The translations under genes and the position numbers were made by a program. Shown here piece by piece: positions 48,900 to 60,561 of a stretch of DNA of 64,000 bases. A model generated the notes under the pieces. That model saw only the letters and a list, made by a program, of their open reading frames with translations. It did not search any database and was not told the origin of the DNA. Source of the stretch: Octopus bimaculoides. Taxonomy: Eukaryota. Each line of letters opens with the position of its first letter. Positions within the stretch are counted from its first letter, which is position 1. The stretch spans positions 3,172,331 to 3,236,330 of the forward strand of contig NC_068981.1 in NCBI RefSeq assembly GCF_001194135.2. The letters run 5' to 3'.

Positions 48900-51797
48900 A
48901 AATCCTGAAAGCATATTTCATGAGCAACAAGATGAGCCAAAGCCTAGTAAAATCAAGGATAAAGCAACTCCTGATACTCCTGCTGTAAAACAAATAACAC
49001 AAATAAATATGGCACCAGAAAATAGAAATAATAAAGCTTCTTGTGATATGTCTGAGCAAATAAGTACAAATAATGCTGACATAGAAAAGATCTGTGTGGA
49101 ATCACAAGCTGCTGATTTGAAGGAAAGTAAACTACAGAAGCTTGAAATGACTGAAGTTAAAAAGAATTCTGATTCTAAATCTGATAATCAAACTTCAACG
49201 GAGATTCTTAATGAAGACAGACTAAGCTGCAAAGATGGAAGCCATTTGGAATTGTCTGAGAATTCTAACACTGTTGATTGTGTAAGAACGATAGAAACAG
49301 AATACAAATCACCTAATTGTGAAAAATTGATTTCTTCTATGGAAGATGTAAGTGTGAAACAATCTGAGTCTTATTTGGCCATGTCTTCAGGTTTAGAAAT
49401 GTGTGCTCTGAAATCAGACCTTCTAAATGAAGATATTAAAAACAGAGATGGAGTTATCAGCTTTCTAGAAACTATTCCAAAAGATAAGTGTGCTATATCA
49501 GTTTGTAGCGAGAATAATCCCAACGTTGACATTTCTAATATTCCTAGTTCTTCCATATCAGAAATAAAAGGTGAAAGTAAGTTACCACTTCGAAGTGAGA
49601 AAGTGGAAAGTAATTTTCCTAATAGCAATGATAATCAAATTGTTTTATCTGCAAAAGAAAGCTTTCAAACTAATATTAATGTAAATAAGGAAGTTACTCT
49701 GAATTTATCTAAAGGATTAAACTGTAATCTGTATAATGAGCATTTACCTGATATTAAGACAGTTGGGCAAATGTCAGAAATTCAGTCAGGAAAACAGCTA
49801 TTACCTTTGCCTACTGAAACACAACAATTAAATTCACAGACAAAAGAAAATTTCCCAGGTTTACAAGCGAAGGATGCACTTTCAGATCTACAGGCAAAAG
49901 GTCAATTATTAGGTCTTCAGACAAGAGAGAAAATGCCAGGTCTTCAGGTAATAAAGCACCTTCCAGGTCCACCATCAGCTGAACATGTTCCAAATCCACC
50001 GGCTGCTGATTGCTGGCCTGATCCACTGAAATCTGAGCACCAGGCAGAACCATCAACAGCCAAGCACCAGACAGAGGCACCAACAGCTGAGCACCAGGCT
50101 GAAGCACCACCAGCTGAGTGCTGGGCAGAGGCACCGGCAACCAAGTGCCAGGCAGAGGCACCGGCAACCAGGTGCCAGGCAGAGGCACCGTCAACCAGGT
50201 GTCAGGCAGAGGCACCGGCAACCAGGTGCCAGGCAGAGGCACCGGCAACCAGGTGCCAGGCAGAGGCACCGGCAACCAGGTGCCAGGCAGAGGCACCGGC
50301 AACCAGGTGCCAGGCAGAGGCACCNNNNNNNNNNNNNNNNNNNNNNNNNNNNNNNNNNNNNNNNNNNNNNNNNNNNNNNNNNNNNNNNNNNNNNNNNNNN
50401 NNNNNNNNNNNNNNNNNNNNNNNNNNNNNNNNNNNNNNNNNNNNNNNNNNNNNNNNNNNNNNNNNNNNNNNNNNNNNNNNNNNNNNNNNNNNNNNNNNNN
50501 NNNNNNNNNNNNNNNNNNNNNNNNNNNNNNNNNNNNNNNNNNNNNNNNNNNNNNNNNNNNNNNACCAGGTGCCAGGCAGAGGCACCGGCAACCAGGTGCC
50601 AGGCAGAGGCACCGGCAACCAGGTGCCAGGCAGAGGCACCGGCAACCAGGTGCCAGGCAGAGGCACCGGCAACCAGGTGCCAGGCAGAGGCACCGACAGC
50701 CAGGTGCCAGGCAGAGGCACCGACAGCCAGGTGTCAGGCAGAGGCACCGACAACCAGGTGTCAAGCAGAGGCACCGACAACCAGGTGTCAAGCAGAGGCA
50801 TTGACAGCTGAATGCCACCCAGAAGCTGAGTACCACCCAGATCCATTGACAGCAGAGCAGCATCCAGAGGCACCAACAACCAAGCCCCGTTCAGAGGCAC
50901 CAACAGATGAGTGCCGCCCAGATCTAAAGACAAAGGACCTCTTTCTTGATCTACCGAGAGTAGATCACCTGCCTGATTTACAGAAAGTAGATCATCCATC
51001 TGGTCTCAAGGGTGTGGACTCCATGCTTGATCTACAGACCACAGACTGTCTGCCACAACCACAAGAAACAAGCCACCTACTTGATCTGAAGAGGACAGAA
51101 CACCTATCTGATTTAAAGAGAACAAAATATTTGCTACATCTACAGAACACTAATCATATGTGTAGTCAACAAGTGGAACACCTGACAGATTTACAGCAAG
51201 GAAAGAAACCAGATCCAGAAATAGCATATTTACCAAATCAACAAAGAGTGCCTACATCAGATTCATCATTAAGAAACAAGTTGTTTGCAGTAGAGGTAAA
51301 GAAACAATTGCCAAATATTCAAACAGAAAAACATTTCTCTGAGCTAGAGACAATGAAACAATTGGATGTGCAAAAGACATCTGAAAAATTCTTTGGGGTA
51401 AAAGTGAAGGAAAATCAACCTGAGATGAAAGCAAAAGAACAATTAGCTGAGCAGCAGACAAAGGAACAAACAAGTCAAAAATTGTTTGAGTTAGAAACAT
51501 TGAGTTCTTTTTCTAAGCTTGTTGATGACACAAGTGAAATAGCTGATTCTTTCAGACAAATTTCTAAAGACAGAATTAGATTAAAACCTGTAATTGATAG
51601 TGAAAACATTAACAGCCAGCCTAAGAATGTGTTACACCATTTGGTAAAGGAAACTAATTCTGTATCCAGTCTTACATCAATTGTAAAACCTCTTGAGAAA
51701 AGTCATAGCAGCAGTGAAATCACAATGACAACTACCTCCCCGTTGAAACTTCCACAGTCATCTTCATCATCAAACAATTCTGCTTTTCATACGAAAG
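48900..51797 (+). CDS. Gene 2 large exon (~965 codons), acidic, Ser/Gln/Glu-rich and low complexity, with a 9-aa tandem repeat; interrupted by the N gap 50325-50563
   Basis: TCTGTCCAG acceptor ending 48899; frame open from 48901 to the gap (track ORF 49009-50811). After the gap the same AEAPATRCQ register continues into track ORF 50801-51955 up to donor AAG|GTAAAT at 51798. The 1-nt frame offset is explained by the gap not being a whole number of 27-bp units. Confidence 0.88.
50125..50818 (+). repeat. Coding 27-bp minisatellite (GCAGAGGCACCGGCAACCAGGTGCCAG = AEAPATRCQ)
   Basis: Units start at 50125+27n up to 50314 before the gap and at 50576+27n up to 50792 after it. Confidence 0.95.
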
Positions 51798-52257
51798 GTA
51801 AATGGTTGAGTTTTTATTATGAAATATTATTTGTAACTTTGAGTATTGCTTATCAGTTTGTGTTATATTTTCCTGTAATTTTCACACTAGAACTTTTAGT
51901 AGGTTTGGTCATTAGTTTGTTGTTGGTAGTACATAATATCAGACAGGCTGTGTGAAGATTAGAATGACCACACATAAGAGTTTACATATATTTTATTACT
52001 CAGTACATTTGTATTTATCTATGTACAACAATTGATTGAATGAAACACGATACATGAGATAGTAAATGCAATAGTTAAGTCCTCATTGCATAAAATATTT
52101 TAGTTATTTATATGGAAATCGTTCATGGTTATTAAAGACAGAATAAGTAGTAAAAATGAAAATGTCTTACCAGAGTTGACTGACAGAATTGTGTGCAAAA
52201 CCTGAGGTTGTTCTGTCTTAGAGTTTGATATCTCAGCTTCTTATAACTTTTAGTTAC

Positions 52258-52695
52258 ATCATCATCATCATCATCATCATCATCGTTTAACGTCCGCTTT
52301 CCATGCTAGCATGGGTTGGACGATTTGACTGAGGACTGGTGAACCAGATCGCTACACCGGGCTCCAATATGATTTGGCAGAGTTTCTACAGCTGGATGCC
52401 CTTCCTAACGCCAACCACTCAGAGAGTGTAGTGGGTGCTTTTACGTGCTACCGGCACGAAGGCCAGTCAGGCGGTACTGGCAATGGCCACACTCAAAATG
52501 GTGTATTTTATGTGCCACCTGCACGGGAGCCAGTCCAGCGGTACTGGCAATGAACTTGCTTGAATGTCTTTTCTCGTGCCAGGAAGGCGACGTTGGTAAC
52601 GGTCACGCTCAAATGGTGCTATTTACGTGCCACCAGCACGAAAGCCAGACAGCTGGTGCTCTGGCAACGATCATGCTCAGACGGTGCTCTTAGTG
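52258..52695 (-). mobile_element. RTE 3'-tail repeat, young copy, with internal ~60-bp tandem subunits
   Basis: (CAT)n CGTTTAACGTCCGCTTTCCATGCTAGCATGGGTTGGACG...GGATGCCCTTCCTAACGCCAACCACTC. Copies near 2047-2325, 3790-4008, 5410-5768, 6590-6760, 11641-12120, 14170-14595, 15690-16010, 21400-21605, 35150-35395, 57875-58452, 59548-60085, 62667-63250. Confidence 0.8.
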
Positions 52696-55066
52696 ATTTA
52701 CTGATTTAGTTACATTTTAGAATATTTGGCAAAACTTTGGCAAGAAATTTTACACAATTTTCTTTCAAGTATACTACTTCATTGGTTACATACCAGCCAA
52801 TATTGACTGCAGTCAATCTATGCTTTTTTCTGTGATACACATATACTAGGTAGGAGATCTCTGCACTTAAGTGCTGCCCATATATCTAAGATAATGCCCT
52901 CTTCAGTTTTGGACTGTATCCAGAAATAAGATCTGGTTTATCAAAAGGCAAACCTTTCTTATCAAACACTCTTCAACCATTTGTCCATCATCAAATTGTA
53001 CCACACCTATGTCTTCTGTAATGTTACTGTAATTTTGTTTTCTTTTTATATCCCATTTAGCTAACACCACTTTCATTATTTTTATAACTCTTAATTCAGG
53101 GTGGTGGATTGACAGGATCATTAGGAAGTCAGGTGGGGGGGGGGGTGCTTTGTGATGTTTTATTTGACTTTTTACATTCTGAGTTTAAATTCATTGAGAT
53201 TAATTTTGCTTTTAATAAGGTTTGGAGTTGATAAAATAAGTCGTCAACCCCAATTAAGTACTGGGGTTGATACATGAGGCTAATATTAATGCTATTAGCC
53301 TTATGCATGTGCCTTTATCTGTCAACCAATGAGAGCTTGAAACAGCTGTCATGTTTTCTTGACTTAATGATAAATTAGTCAAAATCTTATCTCTCTCCAC
53401 AAACAATTGTGAAATAATCATCAGCACTTTAGTCTGCTTTCCATGCTGGACAGGATCTGACAAGTTAGAGTACCATGTCTTGTTCCACATGTCTCAGTCT
53501 GACTTGGTTGGTGTTAGGAGGGGTGTCCATCCATAGAAACCAATTTACAGAGTGTACTGTGTGCATATTTTTATGGAACCAGCACTATAGAGGTTGTCTT
53601 GCCATTGACAAGGTTAAAGAGTTTTCTCAAATTTTGTTTTGTCTCGGTTCAATTTTCCAACTACTTTACTGCGTGTGCTAGGTGCTTTTTTTTTTACCGC
53701 CAGTACTAGTGAAGTCATTGTGTGACTTAGAGGGTGAAAGAGCCTCCACCACTGAAAGAGAAAATAGGGGAGTGAATGATGACTTTAGGTGAAGTACTGA
53801 GAGAAGTTGTAGTGTGCTGAGCAGAAAGAATTTGTTGTGAGAAGGTAGTGTTGGGAGAAGTACACTATGATGTGAGAAATGGATTTAGTCAAATGTATCG
53901 AAACATTTCTATATACCTTTAACTATTTAAATTTAATTACAAACCCAGAAATATATAAAAAAAACTATTAGGTTTAAGCACCTAATATATCTCAGATTAT
54001 ATTGTTTCAATCTAACTAATTTGAAGATACAATATTTTTTCCCTATAAAATATTTGGCACGTGGAGAAGTATTCCTTTGTTAAGCAATTTCTCCATCACA
54101 CATTGGCTTGGTTTAAGCTTAGGTCTGACATAAGCCTTAGAACTCAAAATGCTGGAGCTTAACCCAGTTTTCATGGCATATAAGACACAGCTATTGCTGG
54201 AACTCATTTACAGCTGAGTGAATTGGAGCAACTGAAATTAAGTGTTTTGCTCAAGAACACAACACACCCGGTCTGGGAGTTAAAACCATGATCTGATGTT
54301 GTGAATGCAACGCCCTAACCATAAGGCTACATACCTTCACTTACATAAAATATTCAACTTCAATCTTTGATAATATTTTAGTTGTCATTGAAAATTGCAA
54401 ATATTTTACCAAATATTCTATTTACATTTTTTTAACTACAAAAATGTTTAATAAAAATGTATCCAATTTTTAGAATTTTTTATTACCTCCTGTTTACAAC
54501 AAAAATATTTGAGAAAATTTAATTTTCTGAATACTTCAGCTGTAAATTTCAATCTTATGTATAAACAGTTGTCATAAATTAAAATTTTTTTAATTTTGTT
54601 TCCACACTGCCTATTTCATTCAACATTAGATTTCTAATGCACCATGCATTAAATATCTAAAGGCACCCACTTACTTAATTGAAATTAAGGACTGAGATTG
54701 ACCGTTATATTCTTCTCACTGAGATTGAATGTTCTATTTCTCTCATACATATATTATCACCAAGTTTTCATTTATTGCTAATTTTGGTTTTGCTATACAT
54801 TATTGAATTGCCATTAATATCATGTTCATCCTCAGGCTGTTAGAATATTAGAAATGGTAGAGTACAAGATGTAGTGATTTGTGGTTCCAACAATACACCC
54901 CCTTCATGTTCTTAAGTTCAAATGCTGCCAGCATTTCACTCTGACCTTCTTCAATTTCTCCAGGGTGAATAAAAGAGATATCAGTCATATAACTGACCCC
55001 TACCCTACTAATTTCTGTACCGTATTGATATGTCACGTGTTGTTTTTATTACTGTTGTTATTACAG

Positions 55067-55151
55067 ATAATATGTTTGATGATATGGATTTAACAGATTC
55101 CCAGATCTGTGTTTCTGAGCTGTCAGATAATGAACAATTCTCTGATAAAGG
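55067..55151 (+). CDS. Gene 2 exon (D)NMFDDMDLTDSQICVSELSDNEQFSDK(G)
   Basis: TTATTACAG acceptor ending 55066; GG|GTAATG donor at 55152; phase 1 in matches the large exon, phase 2 out matches the next. Confidence 0.82.
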
Positions 55152-56191
55152 GTAATGGAATTTTATTAACATTTATGAATATTTGTGAATATTAAAGATC
55201 TGTGAAAGAGGATTATATTGAGATGTGTGCTACATTTATAACCTTTCCCGTGTACTCTTTCATATACCTTTTTAATATTTAAGCTAATACTTTATTTAAT
55301 TGTAAAGATGTATTCACCATTAAATTCTAATTTAACCATCAATAAATTCAATTTGATTTAATTGCTTTATATAACTTCATATGAAACAACCCCAGTCTAC
55401 ACTGTAGTTATCAAAAACTTATTCAATAATAGATTTAAACTGTCATCCAGTTAAACACCACTGTTTACAACTTTATACTGTTCTCTCCAACCACATTTTA
55501 CATTGATCATTCCACTGAACTACCAAATTATCTCTCCTTCTCCACCACTATATGCCTCTCAATCTCTATATCTGTTACACTATGCCTGCTTTTCTTCCCC
55601 ACGACCAACATTTTGGCAACCTATCTAACCACGTCATCTCCCTCTCTCATCTTTCTTCTGTTTACTATACCAACATTACTATTCTGCTACTCTTCACTCC
55701 CATGGATCATTGGACAAACCCCACCCCATCTACCATTCATTACATCCATCCCTCAACATATATTCTTCATTCATTAGGTTCACACATCTCTTGCCTATTC
55801 CCCATCTCTCACTCTCTCTCTCTTGCAACCTCTACCCACCCACGCTTTTGGTTTCTCTGTCCTCACTCATTGCTATTCACCTCACAATTTCAGGGTTCAT
55901 GCAGACACCTCATCACTATTATTCACATTTCTTCTAATATCTAAGTAACCAAGTTGCTCACTTACCTACAGCAATAAATGTCTTCTACTCTGGTTTTTTC
56001 CCCCCATACTTTAATCCCTCATCTCCTAGCATAAAGGCCTCCCACCAAATCTGGGGGGGTTGTAGTCTTTGGATTTATACAGTTTCCATTTCTACTCCTC
56101 TGTGTGGAACCCTCACACAAGGCCACCTGATGTACCTGCCTTTCCATTTTTCTTTATCCTTATTGTATCTGACATGCAGAAATTTATGCTA

Positions 56192-56422
56192 CGGCGAGCT
56201 GGCAGAAACGTTAACATGCCGGGTGAAATGCTCAGTGGTATTTCGTCTGCCGTTACGTTCTGAGTTCAAATTCCGCCGAGGTCGACTTTTCCTTTCATCT
56301 TTTTGGGGTCGATAAATTAAGTACCAGTTACGCACTGGGATCAATGTAATTGACTTAATCCCTTTGTCTGTCCTTGTTTTCCCCCTCTATGTTTAGCCCC
56401 TTGTGGGCAATAAAGAAATTAG
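56192..56422 (+). mobile_element. tRNA-derived SINE family B, near-intact and CpG-retaining copy
   Basis: GGCGAGCTGGCAGAAACGTT...GAGTTCAAATTCCGCCGAGGTCGACTTT..CTTTCATC...GGGGTCGATAAATTAAGTACCAG...AATAAAGAAAT. Copies near 8680-8900 (-), 8915-9090 (+), 9150-9370 (-), 23230-23430 (+), 33630-33850 (+). Confidence 0.8.
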
Positions 56423-56597
56423 AAATTTATACTACTTGCTTTCTAGAACCTCAATCCTCTGGAAACTTCTCTGCTCACATTTTACCTACAAATATCGGCT
56501 TTACTGATGTTAAACTTATTATTTATAATTTTCTTCTAAATTAATGATTACAATATTTTCATTTTGAAATAAGAAACAAATTATTTTTATTTCACAG

Positions 56598-56678
56598 AAA
56601 CCTATTCCTGCAACCACAGATTGAAAATGATGGAACCAAAATAGTAAAAGATTTAATTAAAGAACTTGTTCAGTTGAA
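56598..56678 (+). CDS. Gene 2 exon NLFLQPQIENDGTKIVKDLIKELVQL(N/K); resembles the BRME1/C19orf57 C-terminal helix
   Basis: TTTTATTTCACAG acceptor ending 56597; AA|GTAAGT donor at 56679; phase 2 in and out. Similarity to BRME1 (as recalled, EDATNVVRGLIVELSNLNR) is from memory only, so no symbol is assigned. Confidence 0.8.
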
Positions 56679-57353
56679 GTAAGTTTTCCTGTAATTAAAG
56701 TTAATCAGTGTGTTTAAATTAATTATACATTGTATATTATGAAATGTGGCACTGAAATGTTTTATATTAAAACCAAAGTTAAGACATGATCAGTAACTGG
56801 AGTGTTGTGAGTTCAGTTCTCTTTAGAATCAACTCAGGCCTACTATTGTACATTCAGGTGTGCACAGCCTATTTAAAATTATTATGTAGACAAGTTGAAG
56901 TAATTTATTTTACATGCATTTTCCTATGCTTTCAAGGAAAGGGTGGCTTATGTTGGATATTCTTCTTGACTCCTGTCTGATTGCCAAACCATCACTCACC
57001 AACATGACAACCATTAGCCAATCACTGGAGCAAACATAATTATGCACTTTTTACAACTCAATATATCTATTAGTAAAACTTAAACTCTCTACCATAAAAT
57101 TAGCGGGCAGTGCATTAACGTTGCAAATTAATTATACACCTTCACATCATACATTTTATAACACAATTTATACATATATTATACTATGAAGGAAATTTAT
57201 ATAAAATTGGTGCTAGTCTAGTTTTGCATGATATGTAACAGATGCAGCTGTGGCCGAGTGGTTAAGAAGCTTACTTCCCAACCATGTGATCTGGGATTCC
57301 GTCCCATGCCCCGTGAATGGATATGTTAGATGGAAACTGAAAGAAGAAGCTTG

Positions 57354-57395
<42 letters not shown>

Positions 57396-60300
57396 NNNNN
57401 NNNNNNNNNNNNNNNNNNNNNNNNNNNNNNNNNNNNNNNNNNNNNNNNNNNNNNNNNNNNNNNNNNNNNNNNNNNNNNNNNNNNNNNNNNNNNNNNNNNN
57501 NNNNNNNNNNNNNNNNNNNNNNNNNNNNNNNNNNNNNNNNNNNNNNNNNNNNNNNNNNNNNNNNNNNNNNNNNNNNNNNNNNNNNNNNNNNNNNNNNNNN
57601 NNNNNNNNNNNNNNNNNNNNNNNNNNNNNNNNNNNNNNNNNNNNNNNNNNNNNNNNNNNNNNNNNNNNNNNNNNNNNNNNNNNNNNNNNNNNNNNNNNNN
57701 NNNNNNNNNNNNNNNNNNNNNNNNNNNNNNNNNNNNNNNNNNNNNNNNNNNNNNNNNNNNNNNNNNNNNNNNNNNNNNNNNNNNNNNNNNNNNNNNNNNN
57801 NNNNNNNNNNNNNNNNNNNNNNNNNNNNNNNNNNNNNNNNNNNNNNNNNNNNNNNNNNNNNNNNNNNNNNNNNNCAATCTGATTTGGCAGAGTTTCTACA
57901 GCTGGATGTCCTTCCTAACGCCAACCACTCCGAGAGTGTAGTAGGTGCTTTTACGTGCCACCGGCACGAAGGCCAGTCAGACGGTACTGGCAACGGCCAC
58001 GCTCAAAATGGTGTATTTTATGTGCCACCCGCACAAGAGTCAGTCCACTGGTAAAGATCTCGCTCGAAAGTCCCTACACATGCCGCGGGCACAAGTGCCA
58101 GAAAGGTGTCGCTGGGCACAGGTGCCATCACAATTTCGCTTTTGCTTGCCCCAATAAGTCTTCACAAGCTGAGTTTCATGTCCAATGAGGGAGACGACGT
58201 TGGCATGGTTGCCAGTCGTCAAATTTAACTCGATTTCGATTTCACTTGCCTCAACAGGTCTTCGCAAGTGGAGTTTAGTGTCCAATGAAGGAAGGAAGGT
58301 ATGCATAAGTGGACTGGCTGAGGCCTTAGATTTAGGTCTCACTTGGCTTGCCGGGTCTTCTCACGCACGGCATATTTCCAATTGGCAGAGTTTCTACAGC
58401 TGGATGCCCTTCCTAACGCCAACCACTCAGAGAGTGTAGTGGGTGCTTTTACGTATATATATATATATATATATAAATATATTGTGTGCTTTTGTGTATG
58501 CTCTTGTCTATACATCACATGATAGTTGTAAGCAAGCATCACTGTCATATAAGTAATGTTCGTTTCCATTCTTCCATGAAAAATGTATCTCCCTTGAGGA
58601 AAATATTACCTTGCTTGGCTAGAAAAAGGGCATCTGGCTGTAGAAAATCTGCCTCAACAAATTCCATCTGACCCATGGAAACATGGACAAGTTCATGTTG
58701 AAGTTTGATGATGATGATGTCAGTAACACTTTTTCATTATCATTCAACATCCATTGACCATGCTGGCATAGGTTGGACGGTTTGACTGGTGCTGGGTAGC
58801 TGCACCAGGTTCCAGTCTGATTTGGCACGGTTTTTATGGCTCTTCCTAATGCCTACCGCTTCACAGAGTGAGCTGGTGCTTTTACATGGCACTGCATTGA
58901 CATTTTTTTTTGTTTTTGTAATAACATTTTAACATTTATTAAAACTATAGATAACTGACTCATATCAGTTATCTATAATTTTATTAATTTATGTAAATCA
59001 TAACATTCCAGTCGCATCTTATTACATTAGTTCATATCCTTCCTCTTTCTTCCCAGCAATTACCATATTGACCGACTGACAGTTTTTTTCACTAGTTGTG
59101 TCATCAATTGATGAAAGAGTAAATCCATTACTGGCTTCATTTTCACATGCTCACCCTTATTTTAAAATAGTCTCTACTTCTTTGTAATCAGTAGTTTCTA
59201 GGAAATCATATTTGATACTCAGTAGAACAATGAAAGGTCTCTCTCTCTCTCTCTCTCTTTCTCAGAGTGAAAAACAAATTGTATGAGACTTCTGTACAAA
59301 CAGTAATGTGAGCCTTGAATGCAGTGGATGTGTAAAGACTAGAAAGGAATGAAACTAGTGTCCTCTGCTGGATGTGCAATGTCAGCATGCTCACACAACA
59401 GGTTATATGCACACTGGAAATTTAAGGAAGGATTTATGACAGGATGTACTTCCTGTCACCAGCCTTCTCTTCTTTTTATAGTTAAGGGATACCTTTATTC
59501 TCCAGATCTTTGAAAGTGTGGAGTGACTGGTCATGATCATGATGATGATCATCATCATTTAACGTCCGTTTTCTATGCTGGCATGGGTTGGATGATTTGA
59601 CTGAAGACTGGCGAACCAGATGGCTACACCAGACTCCAATCTGATCTGCCAGAGTTTCTACAACTGGATGCCCTTCCTAATGCCAACCACTCCGAGAGTG
59701 TAGTGGGTGCTTTTTATGTGCTACTGGCACGAGGGCAGGCCGGCGGTACTGGCAACGGCCACGCTCAAATGGTGTTTTTTTACGTGCCATCTACATAGGA
59801 GTCAGACCAATGTTTTGTTCACATGCCACCGGCACAAGTGCCAGTAAGGCGAAGCTGGAAACGATTGTGCTCAAATGGTGCTGTTTATGGGCCACCGGCA
59901 TTGAAGCAAGACTGCTGCTCTGGCAGTGATCCCGCTTGGATGGTGCTGTTAGCGCTCCACTGGCATGGGTGCCAGTCATCGAATTTGGTTCAGTTTCGAT
60001 CTCACTTGCCCCAACAGGTCTTCGCAAGCTGAGTTTAGTGTCCAATGAAGGAAGGTTGGCATGGGTGCCAGTCAACAAATTTGGTTCCAATATCTGCACC
60101 ACTTTACTCTAGTGGTGATGGGTGTGGAATTTTATAAATATCGATTTTATGATTTTTCTTGTTTTATTCAATCTCATTAAATATCACTGATCTATTTGAC
60201 TGAGACTAATTCTATTGACCTAACAAGCACCGATATAAATGTTTGAATTTGTTGATCTGGACAACCCTAACCAATATTTTGGAATCAAACATAAATATAA

Positions 60301-60526
60301 AGAACATATGAGTTTAGTATGTTTTTGTTTTCTCTTGATAAATAAAAATAAACTATTGATTTCATTTCAAAACCAAATCATTACGCACAAGTGAGCATGA
60401 CTGAATCGTTTTTGGTACCTACATTGTTGCAGACAGATCTAGGCATTTAATCCTATGAAACATTCAGCTGTGATTACTGGAGAGAGAGAGAGAGAGNNNN
60501 NNNNNNNNNNNNNNNGGAGGGAGAGG

Positions 60527-60561
<35 letters not shown>

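Noticed and set aside
50325-50563. Apparent frameshift or stop (TGA ending 50811) suggesting a pseudogene
   Set aside because: The distance between units across the N gap is 262 bp, not a multiple of 27, so the gap length is an estimate; the true frame resumes.
50125-50818. Regular short repeats as a CRISPR-like array
   Set aside because: Head-to-tail units with no unique spacers, in frame within a eukaryotic exon, and no cas genes.
49811-50999. Long overlapping ORFs in other frames and strands (49811-50863 -, 50118-50804 +, 50202-50999 -; QVPGRGTGN, PGARQRHRQ and VPLPGTWLP repeats)
   Set aside because: The 27-bp unit has no stops in several frames. Only the AEAPATRCQ register connects to the open flanks and splice sites.
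51798-51955. Hydrophobic, transmembrane-like tail KWLSFYYEILFVTLSIAYQFVLYF...
   Set aside because: T-rich intron read-through after a good AAG|GTAAAT donor; the phase-matched exon at 55067 explains the continuation.
57250-57993. 183-240 aa track ORFs
   Set aside because: Made up of N gap, (CA)n and SINE/RTE-tail sequence.
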